A stretch of 64,000 nucleotides of DNA, taken from positions 1,784 through 65,783 of the IMG/VR virus record IMGVR_UViG_3300042544_002864; one strand, given 5' to 3'. Below the pieces are notes generated by a model that saw only the letters and a list, made by a program, of their open reading frames with translations, had not been told where the DNA came from and did not search any database. Below, one piece after another: positions 55,991 to 64,000 of this stretch. The stretch's first letter is position 1. The number at the start of each line of letters is the position of its first letter. Position numbers and translations under genes: made by a program. This DNA is from a virus (taxonomy: Duplodnaviria; Caudoviricetes).

Positions 55991-57568
55991 ATGGCTACAA
56001 CTAGACCTTTTGCATATAATCCAACATTAACACCAATACCAGGAACTGAACAAGTTGGTGATTTGGCTATTGGTTTTCCAACTTCGGGATTTGAAGCTAG
56101 TGGAGTACAATGGTGGAATGGACCAGATGAAGAATTAGGGTATGTTATATCTAAACCTATTCCTAGTAATACACAACCAACACCGATATTTGACTCAATA
56201 GGACACATGACTTTCAGTACAACATACAAAGGTGTTGATATTGTATTAAGTAATTCGAATCAGACTGCTTTACAACAATTTGGATATATACAATCCGTAT
56301 TAGCTGAAACACTTATTAACACTAATAGTCGAGTAATGTTCAGTATTTCTTTATCATTGGCTAATCCACCTGCATTACCTGGAAGTCATTTTGTTGGAAT
56401 TGGAAGAAAGTCTATGGATTTTCAAGGTAGTCCACCATTTGGTAATCAAGCATTTCCAGGTAACGATAATAATAGTATGGGATATTGTAGCGATGGAACT
56501 ATTTGGTATAATGGAAACGTTTATGCTTCCGGTTATACCTTACTTCCTTTTGGAGATGGGGATATAATTGATGTTGTTATTAACACAAACACTGGCGGAA
56601 TGTGGGTTAGAGTAAATGGTGGAGATTGGAATAATGATCCCGCTCAAGATCCTGTAGCTAATCCTAGTTTAGGTATAGAAATCATCAATGCTCCATTTTA
56701 TCCTGTATTATGTCCAGGATATGAAGGTACAATGACTATACAAAACACATCAACATACGGAGTTCCTGATGGATATACATTATTAGGAACTAATGGTATG
56801 GCTTCCGTTGGATTTTACAGAACTGGATTTAATGATAATGAATTTGTTAATTTGGCAAATTCACTTTTAGGATCAAGTTATACTAGCGCTACTGAATCAT
56901 CAGAGGCACTAACAAACAATGGATATTGGAATTCATATACAACATTTTCTCCAGTATTATCTTTAGATGCTGCTTATTATACAAGTGGTGATTGGATAGA
57001 TTCTATTGGTGGAAAATCATTTGTATTATATAATTCACCTACTTGGTCACCAAGTAATGGAGGCCATTTTAACTTTGATACTTCGTTATCACAATCCATA
57101 AAATCTTCAACAAGTTTACCAAGTATGAGTACTTGGACTGTCGGTGTTTGGCATTATTATACAGGAACAGAGACAGGTGCTGGTCCTTGTATCGTAACTG
57201 AAACCTTTATTGGTGGAGGTATAAATTATTCACTTGGTAAAAATCTTGCACCATTTAGTGTGGGATTCTTTAATGGTGGTTGGAGAATTACTGATGGATA
57301 TTCATTAACTCCAAATAATTGGTATTATATTGTTGGAACTTATGATGGTTCAACTATTAAATTATACGTTAATAATACATTAGTTGATAGTACTAATTAT
57401 ACAGGAACACCAACATCATCAGGTGCAGGTATACGATTAATGGAAAGATGGGACTTATCTGATTATTGGGGTGGTAAATTAGCCACCGTTGATATCTATG
57501 ATAAAGCTTTAAGTAATTCAGAAATTGAATCTATTTGGAATTTAACTAAATCGAGATTCGGATTATAA
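55991..57568 (+). CDS. Virion carbohydrate-binding protein (SPRY/ConA-like + LamG-like domains)
   Basis: GDIIDVVIN...MWVRVNG; WYYIVGTYDGSTIKLYVN...IYDKALS.SEI; TAATATATA 55961-55969. Confidence 0.7.
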   Translation: MATTRPFAYNPTLTPIPGTEQVGDLAIGFPTSGFEASGVQWWNGPDEELGYVISKPIPSNTQPTPIFDSIGHMTFSTTYKGVDIVLSNSNQTALQQFGYIQSVLAETLINTNSRVMFSISLSLANPPALPGSHFVGIGRKSMDFQGSPPFGNQAFPGNDNNSMGYCSDGTIWYNGNVYASGYTLLPFGDGDIIDVVINTNTGGMWVRVNGGDWNNDPAQDPVANPSLGIEIINAPFYPVLCPGYEGTMTIQNTSTYGVPDGYTLLGTNGMASVGFYRTGFNDNEFVNLANSLLGSSYTSATESSEALTNNGYWNSYTTFSPVLSLDAAYYTSGDWIDSIGGKSFVLYNSPTWSPSNGGHFNFDTSLSQSIKSSTSLPSMSTWTVGVWHYYTGTETGAGPCIVTETFIGGGINYSLGKNLAPFSVGFFNGGWRITDGYSLTPNNWYYIVGTYDGSTIKLYVNNTLVDSTNYTGTPTSSGAGIRLMERWDLSDYWGGKLATVDIYDKALSNSEIESIWNLTKSRFGL

Positions 57569-57628
57569 TATTTTTTATTTTAAACAAAGTTATTTTTTTA
57601 TAATAAAAATAAAAAATAATTTTTAATA

Positions 57629-58228
57629 ATGATTTTATATATCGAGGGTGTTGTAGGTTGTGGTAAATCAACCTTATCTGAAAAAATTGGAAAAGCATTG
57701 GATATACCAGTATTCTACGAGCTTCAAAACCAAACTACAATGAATCTTCTTGAAGAATTCTACAAAGATAAAAAAAGATGGGCATTCGCTTTACAAATTC
57801 ACTTTCTAAATGAAAGATTTAGAATGGTTAAAGAGATTCATAAAAATGGAATTGGTATATTAGATCGTTCTATTTTCGGAGATAATATTTTTGCAGAGAT
57901 GTTAAACGAAGATGGATATATGACCAATGATGAATATGATACTTATAAATCACTATTAAATAATATGTCTCAACATATTAGTGGACCAAATGTTTTACTT
58001 TATATTGATTGTGATTTAGAAACCGCTTTGAAAAGAATTCAAATAAGAGGTAGAGAAATGGAACAATCAGTTGATGAGAGTTATTGGAAAAGATTAAACG
58101 AAAAATATACAAAATGGTATTCAGAATATAACTTATCTGATAAATTTTCAATTGATGCTAACTCATACCATCCAGATAACGATTCTGATATATCTAAGAT
58201 AACTTCACTGATGAGTTCGTTTGTTTGA
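57629..58228 (+). CDS. Deoxynucleoside kinase
   Basis: IEGVVGCGKST P-loop, FY.D..RWAF.LQ, DRSIFGD, RI..RGR..E. Confidence 0.9.
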   Translation: MILYIEGVVGCGKSTLSEKIGKALDIPVFYELQNQTTMNLLEEFYKDKKRWAFALQIHFLNERFRMVKEIHKNGIGILDRSIFGDNIFAEMLNEDGYMTNDEYDTYKSLLNNMSQHISGPNVLLYIDCDLETALKRIQIRGREMEQSVDESYWKRLNEKYTKWYSEYNLSDKFSIDANSYHPDNDSDISKITSLMSSFV

Positions 58229-58462
58229 TTTAATTCTATTAAAAGAAGATATGATTATATCTTTAATTTCTTTAATTGGATTATTACCCGAAAATAAGAA
58301 ATATAACCCAAAGCAGAATCCCGCAAGGCAATACAAAACTGAATTGGCTCCTAAGTAAGAACCTGTTAAATTCATTAACATTATTTGTATCGCGTCGAAC
58401 CCGAACGGATTGAAGAACATCCCCATCATTAGAAACAATGTTGCTAGTTTTTGTTTTTTCAT
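58205..58462 (-). CDS. Small two-TM membrane protein
   Basis: Two hydrophobic helices with FFNPFGFD; late-type element at 58563-58571. Confidence 0.5.
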   Translation of the reverse strand: MKKQKLATLFLMMGMFFNPFGFDAIQIMLMNLTGSYLGANSVLYCLAGFCFGLYFLFSGNNPIKEIKDIIISSFNRIKSNKRTHQ

Positions 58463-58598
58463 TTTCTATTATACTGGGGCCTGCGTCCATACTTTTTCTC
58501 TTTTTTGACTTACATCTCTCACTCTAAAACACTAAACAACACAATGAGATGCAGTTATAAATTATATATTAAAAATAAAAATTAATATATAATTTAAT

Positions 58599-59033
58599 AT
58601 GAAACATTTAAGAAATTACAAACTATTTGAATCCACAATATTTAATAATCAACTTGAGGATATTTTACTTGAGTTATCAGACTTAGGGTATACTTGGAAA
58701 ATTGAAACAAAAACTTGGTCACAAGGTCAATTTATGTTGGAACTTACTATTTCAAATACGTCATCTGTTATCAGTAGACTTTCACATGTAAATAAATTTG
58801 GTAAGAGAGATAGTAGTTTAAATGTTGATAACTTTAAGGAGATGTCTGATTGTTTGTTAAGAATAAAAGATTATATGATTTCATCTGGATATGAACCGAG
58901 AATATATCGTCACAAACATTTTTATGAATTATTAGAAGCAAGTGATTGGGAAAAACTTGAGAAAGATCCACAACATTATATGATGTCTCCTAATATTGAT
59001 ATTTCTTTTTTTGATGAAAGTTATACGGTATAA
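58599..59033 (+). CDS. Tagged hypothetical protein
   Basis: MKHLRNYKLFES; TAATATATA 58583-58591; I.DILLEL.D.G core shared with 47174..47617. Confidence 0.65.
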   Translation: MKHLRNYKLFESTIFNNQLEDILLELSDLGYTWKIETKTWSQGQFMLELTISNTSSVISRLSHVNKFGKRDSSLNVDNFKEMSDCLLRIKDYMISSGYEPRIYRHKHFYELLEASDWEKLEKDPQHYMMSPNIDISFFDESYTV

Positions 59034-59060
59034 AAGATTGTGAAATAAATTATATAGAAT

Positions 59061-59711
59061 ATGAAACATCTTAAACAATTCAATGAATCTTCCTCTGAAG
59101 ATATTAAACAAGACATCTTAGATAATTTTGCTTATATATCTGATAAGTTTGGAGAACCTGCTATAGGTTCACATAGTTATGGAAAAGGAACAAAATGGAA
59201 TTTATCTTGGGATATTAGATTAGACCTTTCTGTTTTACAAGAAGCTACTAAACTTATTCAAAAGTTAAAAGATATTGTAGAAGAAATTGATGATGTCCTT
59301 GCAGCTTCTGATAGATTAGAAAACTATAATATTAATATGAGTTTAACTAATAGTCTTAGAATTGAATTGGTTCCTAAAGATACTGGTGATAACACCTTTA
59401 AATTTATTAAAGGATATGAAAGTAGAGCTCTTTATGTTAGAATAAATGAAGTGGAAAGATTTTTTAATTCAAGAGGACTTAGAGTAGTTAAGTGGGATAA
59501 TGAATCTAGTTATGACGAAGGTAATCAAACTAATGATTTAGAAATAGTTTTAAATAAAAGAGATAATCAAATTATGGCTGAATTTCATGATTTGGTTATG
59601 GCTGAATTGAATCTAATTGATGATAGAGAATATGTAGTGAGAACACAAGGTGATAGTGTTGTTATATATCCAAATGAAGAAAAATCTTATATAGAAGTTA
59701 CTACTACTTAA
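59061..59711 (+). CDS. Tagged hypothetical protein
   Basis: MKHLKQFNES start; TATATA upstream. Confidence 0.65.
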   Translation: MKHLKQFNESSSEDIKQDILDNFAYISDKFGEPAIGSHSYGKGTKWNLSWDIRLDLSVLQEATKLIQKLKDIVEEIDDVLAASDRLENYNINMSLTNSLRIELVPKDTGDNTFKFIKGYESRALYVRINEVERFFNSRGLRVVKWDNESSYDEGNQTNDLEIVLNKRDNQIMAEFHDLVMAELNLIDDREYVVRTQGDSVVIYPNEEKSYIEVTTT

Positions 59712-59898
59712 CGTAAGATTTATAAATTTCAATAGTATCATTTTGGTAACCTTCAAATAGATTTTTCCTATCTAAAGTTGGTCGACTGACACCTAATTGA
59801 GTTCCAGAATAAAAAGTAAATAGCTTGCCTAGATTGACGAATATTTCAATCCTACCTGTAAGTTTCCAACGTACACAAATTGCTGTTTGACTTCTCAT
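59704..59898 (-). CDS. Small hypothetical protein
   Basis: Likely start MRSQTAI at 59898 downstream of metallophosphoesterase. Confidence 0.4.
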   Translation of the reverse strand: MRSQTAICVRWKLTGRIEIFVNLGKLFTFYSGTQLGVSRPTLDRKNLFEGYQNDTIEIYKSYVK

Positions 59899-59926
59899 TT
59901 CTATTAAGTTATAAAGAAAGAGAGAG

Positions 59927-60679
59927 TTAGTCTCTCTCTTCCCAAAGTTCACCAACTCCTAAAAGTCGATGTTTAGTTCCATACATATTCATTACATCAC
60001 TTTTATGAAAGTGTCCATAGTAAGCAAACTCAATATCATTATTCATTTTAACAATATTAAAAGCTTGTGTAACTTGATTTCGTTCAAAAAGTAAATCAGT
60101 TCGTAATTCGGTATCACCAGTATCTCGTATAATACCTTCTACAAATGCTCCTAAGCTAAAAGTATTGTCAGGTGTACAATAATCTGGACAAGTATGAGTT
60201 ACCATAATATTGATATCTCGTAAGTCTTTAATTTTATCTACGTCTAAAACAAACGGCTCATCAGGCCACCAACTTTCAATACCTAAAGTAGTATTTTCAA
60301 ATATGCCTAATTTTTGTTTTTTTGTGTAACGCCATTCACGGTCAACACTAACAGCTCCACCAATACAAAGAATATTTTTATCACCTAAGTTAAGTACGGT
60401 ATAATCTGGAACTAAATGAATGTTGGTAAAACCAAATGGATCATTATCAAAGTGAGGTTTGTAGTCATGATTACCACGGATAGCCCATACATGAACATTG
60501 TTATTAACAAGTTGTGGATGATACATTTCAAGCATACGTTTTTCTTTTTCAACCGTATTAAATCCAACTCCAAAGTCTCCAACTTGAATTATATGTGCAT
60601 CTTTAATACCATACATCTTTACATATTGATGTATAACACTAAAATTTCCGTGTATGTCTCCTAAATAAATGATTCTCAT
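59927..60679 (-). CDS. Calcineurin-like metallophosphoesterase
   Basis: GDIHG, VGDFG, RGNHD, VTH, GHFH; likely start MRIIYLGD. Confidence 0.85.
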   Translation of the reverse strand: MRIIYLGDIHGNFSVIHQYVKMYGIKDAHIIQVGDFGVGFNTVEKEKRMLEMYHPQLVNNNVHVWAIRGNHDYKPHFDNDPFGFTNIHLVPDYTVLNLGDKNILCIGGAVSVDREWRYTKKQKLGIFENTTLGIESWWPDEPFVLDVDKIKDLRDINIMVTHTCPDYCTPDNTFSLGAFVEGIIRDTGDTELRTDLLFERNQVTQAFNIVKMNNDIEFAYYGHFHKSDVMNMYGTKHRLLGVGELWEERD

Positions 60680-60683
60680 AATA

Positions 60684-60714
60684 CAAATATACAAATAAAA
60701 TTCAGATAACCAAA
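60684..60714 (-). promoter_or_regulatory. Bacteroidota sigmaA-type promoter (-33 TTTG, 19 nt, -7 TATATTTG)
   Basis: Minus strand TTTG (60711-60714), 19-nt spacer, TATATTTG (60684-60691). Confidence 0.7.
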
Positions 60715-60799
60715 GTTTATAGTTAATATAATCATGGTGTTACATGATATTAAAACTTTTGTATAATATATTATTATATTATTTTATATATAAGTTGTT

Positions 60800-61192
60800 A
60801 TGAAAAAAATAAAAAACTTTGAGGCTTTTAACGAGGGATTGGGAAAAGTCGGAAATTACCTGAATGATTTAATCAAAAAAGGTGGTAAAATGGCATCTGA
60901 TACTTGGGAAGCAACCAAAAGAGAAAGTCAAGAAACTAAATTAGCTGTTGGTATTTTATCAAAAATGCTAAAAGGGGAAGAAGTTTCTGATAAAGAAAAA
61001 AGTTTTTTAAAAGAACAATCAAAAGATTTAGCTCGAATAATTCCTTTAGTTGCGGTCTCTGGAATACCTATTCCAATTCCCTTAACCCCTTTGTTAATAA
61101 TGCTTGGGAAGAAATATGGATTTGACTTTCTACCTAAAGATCATCGTGGATTATTAAAAGATGATGAAAAAACTCCTCCAGTAGAAGAATAA
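60800..61192 (+). CDS. Tagged protein with LETM1-like segment
   Basis: MKKIKNFEAFNEG; EK.FLKEQSKDLARIIPL...PIPLTPLL..L.KK....LP. Confidence 0.5.
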   Translation: MKKIKNFEAFNEGLGKVGNYLNDLIKKGGKMASDTWEATKRESQETKLAVGILSKMLKGEEVSDKEKSFLKEQSKDLARIIPLVAVSGIPIPIPLTPLLIMLGKKYGFDFLPKDHRGLLKDDEKTPPVEE

Positions 61193-61234
61193 TTCATTTT
61201 TTCCTTTAATATATACAAAAAACCACTACAAAAT

Positions 61235-63388
61235 ATGTCATTAAAGTCTAGAATTTCATTAGTTATATCTGTTATAATAATGAGTATTTTCTTTTTAACA
61301 AAAACCTTAGTTTTTACAGAATTAACACCATCAACTCCTACAACTAGAGGAATTGAATATTTTTGCTTTTTATTATTTGTTCCTTTCTTTTATGTTGTTA
61401 TAAGAGAACAAATTAATAAAAATAGATTAGAGGCAAAACTATCTAAGTATATTAAAAAGTTAAATAATGTACTTGTTAATCAATCTCACAATGTTTTGTT
61501 TTATGAGGGAAAAGTAGAAGAAGGAGCAAAAGAACTAACAAAAGAAGTTATTAATACAATGGGAGTTGACAGATGTTCAATCTGGTTATATAACTCTGAT
61601 AAATCATCTATAATATGTCAACAACTTTATATTAAATCAGAAGATAATTGGTATCAAAATATTGAGTTATTTAGAAAAGATTTTACTCCATACTTTGATC
61701 ACTTATTAGAAGATCCTATAATAATAGCAGTTAATGCTGAAGAACACCCAGCTACAAAATGCTTTGCGGATTCCTACTTGAAACCACTTGGAATAAAATC
61801 AATGTTAGATGTTCCAATAATACATAGAGGTCAAGTTATTGGTGTTATTTGTATCGAATCATTCAATACACATGATTGGAATAAATCAGAAGTTGACTTT
61901 GCTCAAATGTTATCATCACTATATACATTTGCTTACTCTGTAAAAGAAAGTAATGTATTAGCTAATGATTTGGTAGAGTTTGAAAAGTTTGTTGAGACTT
62001 CCTCTATTATTTCAGTTGCTGATTCTAAAGGAAAAATAACCTATGTTAATCAAAAATTCACTGATGTTTCAGGATATTCTTTAGAAGAAGTTATCGGCCA
62101 AGATCATAATATTGTAAACTCCGGACACCACCCTAAAGAATTTTGGACAAATATGTATAAAACCGTTATTGCGGATAAAGGTATTTGGAATGCTGTTTGT
62201 ACTAATCGTGCAAAAGATGGTAGTTTATATTATGTTGACACTTTTATTAAAGCAAAGTTTGATAGTAATAACAAACTTGTTGGATTTTCATCTATCAGAC
62301 AAGATGTAACAGACTTAAAAAGAAAGGAAATGGAAATATCTAATAGAATGAATGCTATTAATAGATCAAATGCTGTTATTGAATTTGATTTAGATGGTAA
62401 TATAAGATTCGCAAATGATTCTTTTTTGAATACTTTGGGATATACACAAGATGAAGTTGTTGGAAGACATCATAGTTTATTTGTAGAGAATGACTATAAA
62501 GATAGTGAGGAATATAAAGATTTCTGGAATTCTTTAAGAGAAGGAAAATTCTTTAGAGGTGAAATTACAAGAAGGAAAAAAGACGGAACATTAATTTACC
62601 TTCAAGCAACATACAATCCTATTTTAGGAAGTGATGGTAATCCTTATCGAATAATGAAAATTGCTACTGATGTTACTGAAAGTTATAATCAACAGATGGA
62701 GATTGAAAAGAAAAATACTTATCTTGAACACGCTGCCAAAATACTTAGACATGACATGCATAGTGGTATCAACACATATATGCCTCGTGGATTAAGTTCT
62801 CTTGAAAGAAGATTATCAGAAGAACAAATAAAGGAACTTAAATTGGAAGCTCCTCTTAAAATGATTAAAGAGGGTCTTCGTCATACACAAAAAGTTTATA
62901 AAGGTGTTTATGAATTTACAAATCTTGTAAAGAAAGATGTGGTACTTAATCGAGTTGAATGTAATCTAAAAGATATTCTTGAAGATTATTTATCAGCAAC
63001 AGCATATAAATCACAAGTACTAATTGAAGATTTAGGAACACTTGATGTTAATGAATCTCTTTTCTGTACATCAATAGATAATTTAATAAGAAATGGATTA
63101 AAGTATAATGATAGTTTGAACAAGTCTGTGAAGATTTATTTAAGCACAGAAAGAAAAGAATTTGGACTAAGAAAGAATTTTATATGTATAGAAGATAATG
63201 GTAGAGGAATGTCACAAGAAGATTTTGAATACTTGTCAAAACCATATACTAGAAAAGAAGGCCAACAAGAGAGTGGAACCGGATTAGGATTAAATATATG
63301 TACTGCTATCCTAAAGGAACATGGTTTTTCAATAACTTCTGAAAAAATGACAGAAGGTGGAACAAAAATAAAAATAAAAATAAATTAA
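61235..63388 (+). CDS. Membrane sensor histidine kinase (2 TM, GAF, PAS, PAS, HisKA, HATPase)
   Basis: GAF (RCSIW...SMLDVPI...GVICIE), two PAS (YVNQKF..VSGY; FAND.F...GY), H-box RHDM, N-box NLIRNGLKY, G1 EDNGRG, G2 GTGLGL. Confidence 0.9.
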   Translation: MSLKSRISLVISVIIMSIFFLTKTLVFTELTPSTPTTRGIEYFCFLLFVPFFYVVIREQINKNRLEAKLSKYIKKLNNVLVNQSHNVLFYEGKVEEGAKELTKEVINTMGVDRCSIWLYNSDKSSIICQQLYIKSEDNWYQNIELFRKDFTPYFDHLLEDPIIIAVNAEEHPATKCFADSYLKPLGIKSMLDVPIIHRGQVIGVICIESFNTHDWNKSEVDFAQMLSSLYTFAYSVKESNVLANDLVEFEKFVETSSIISVADSKGKITYVNQKFTDVSGYSLEEVIGQDHNIVNSGHHPKEFWTNMYKTVIADKGIWNAVCTNRAKDGSLYYVDTFIKAKFDSNNKLVGFSSIRQDVTDLKRKEMEISNRMNAINRSNAVIEFDLDGNIRFANDSFLNTLGYTQDEVVGRHHSLFVENDYKDSEEYKDFWNSLREGKFFRGEITRRKKDGTLIYLQATYNPILGSDGNPYRIMKIATDVTESYNQQMEIEKKNTYLEHAAKILRHDMHSGINTYMPRGLSSLERRLSEEQIKELKLEAPLKMIKEGLRHTQKVYKGVYEFTNLVKKDVVLNRVECNLKDILEDYLSATAYKSQVLIEDLGTLDVNESLFCTSIDNLIRNGLKYNDSLNKSVKIYLSTERKEFGLRKNFICIEDNGRGMSQEDFEYLSKPYTRKEGQQESGTGLGLNICTAILKEHGFSITSEKMTEGGTKIKIKIN

Positions 63389-63392
63389 AATT

Positions 63393-63824
63393 ATGATTGA
63401 TTCAATTTTACTAGTAGACGATGAAAATTTATTTCATTTAGTATTCGAAGACGCATGTAGTCTTCTAGATATTTCACTTACTCTTGAGGGTATAGATAGC
63501 TCTGATGAGGCAGCTAGACTTTTTGAGGGTTGGCAAAAAGATCCTAGTGGAAAACCAGAATGTGTTTTCGTGGACTTAAATATAATTGGTTCTTCCTATG
63601 ATGGAATAGAGCTGATTCGTAAAATCAATTTCGAATATGGAAATAATGTTATAATCGGTATAATTTCATCTTCTAATGAACCAGAAGAACAAGCTAAAGC
63701 AGTTAAGGCGGGAGCTCAATTTTGGATTATCAAATCTGATGAAATCGAACCTAGATTAGAAGAGTTTAAAAAAGATTTCGAGGGATATAAAAATAGAACA
63801 AATCCTTTTAAGGTTTATAAATAA
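63393..63824 (+). CDS. Single-domain response regulator (CheY-like receiver)
   Basis: ILLVDDE, VFVDLN (phospho-Asp), DGIEL, ISSS, IIK. Confidence 0.88.
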   Translation: MIDSILLVDDENLFHLVFEDACSLLDISLTLEGIDSSDEAARLFEGWQKDPSGKPECVFVDLNIIGSSYDGIELIRKINFEYGNNVIIGIISSSNEPEEQAKAVKAGAQFWIIKSDEIEPRLEEFKKDFEGYKNRTNPFKVYK

Positions 63825-64000
63825 TGATTAAGTTAGATAAAAATACCAGAAATCAATTGATTGAACTTTTCAAGACTAAGAAAATTGGTCTTGAAGGTAA
63901 TATTTTAAAATTAATTGATCCTGATGGTGATGAAGAATTTGCATCCTATGTAAAAGACTCTATTGAGAAGGATAAAGATAGTCGTAGAAAAAGATTAGAT
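63824..64000 (+). CDS. Next operon gene, truncated by window end
   Basis: ATG overlapping TAA of the receiver gene; MIKLDKNTRNQLIELFKTKKIGLEGNILK... open to end. Confidence 0.6.
   Translation, partial: MIKLDKNTRNQLIELFKTKKIGLEGNILKLIDPDGDEEFASYVKDSIEKDKDSRRKRLD

Noticed and set aside
1885-60664. Many short antisense/alternate-frame ORFs in the track (e.g. 1885..2085, 9507..9785, 16232..16570, 43273..43665, 43689..44108, 44800..45072, 55316..55582)
   Set aside because: They fully overlap well-supported genes, lack promoters or motifs and show shadow-ORF composition
1-64000. CRISPR array, tRNA or rRNA genes
   Set aside because: No regularly spaced repeats or cloverleaf-compatible GC-rich segments were seen; intergenic gaps are short and explained by promoters/terminators (tRNAscan was not run)
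1-64000. Alternative genetic code (stop-codon reassignment as in some huge phages)
   Set aside because: Standard code gives near-complete coding density with intact long genes; TAG and TGA occur as genuine stops before terminators or next genes
61235-64000. Host chromosomal DNA joined to the phage contig
   Set aside because: Same AT-rich composition and the same TAATATATA element as phage genes, with no integrase or att-like junction seen

Overview
This is an AT-rich, densely coding 64-kb segment of a large T4-like (jumbo/huge) phage genome. The host is probably Bacteroidota: there are TTTG-N19-20-TAnnTTTG host-type promoters, no Shine-Dalgarno motifs, and a lipoprotein with D-S/T glycosylation sequons. 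The window holds dispersed replication/recombination genes (sliding clamp, C-terminal half of a split family-B DNA polymerase, primase, UvsW, UvsY-like) and a baseplate/tail cluster (30.5-45.2 kb) carrying several peptidoglycan-enzyme domains. It also has a GH19 endolysin, an NMNAT-Nudix + NAMPT NAD salvage pair, PPK2, ClpP, SlyD, a deoxynucleoside kinase, a catalytic-domain-only Asn/Asp-tRNA-synthetase paralog and a GAF-PAS-PAS histidine kinase + response regulator. The most striking pattern is that about 24 otherwise unrelated proteins start with a short MK(H/Y/K)(L/I)xx(F/Y)xxF..E peptide resembling the T4 capsid-targeting sequence. Most of these genes lie in units behind a TAATATATA/TATATA late-promoter-like element, and the tag is fused to enzymes (PPK2, DHH, HAD, Nudix, Zn-peptidase), which suggests a large virion-packaged, injected enzyme payload. 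A second set of small proteins shares an R-x-x-K-I-x-x-I-L tail motif, and a third promoter class (AAAC-N17-18-TAWA) marks replication genes. All family calls come from motif recognition by eye; no database searches were run.
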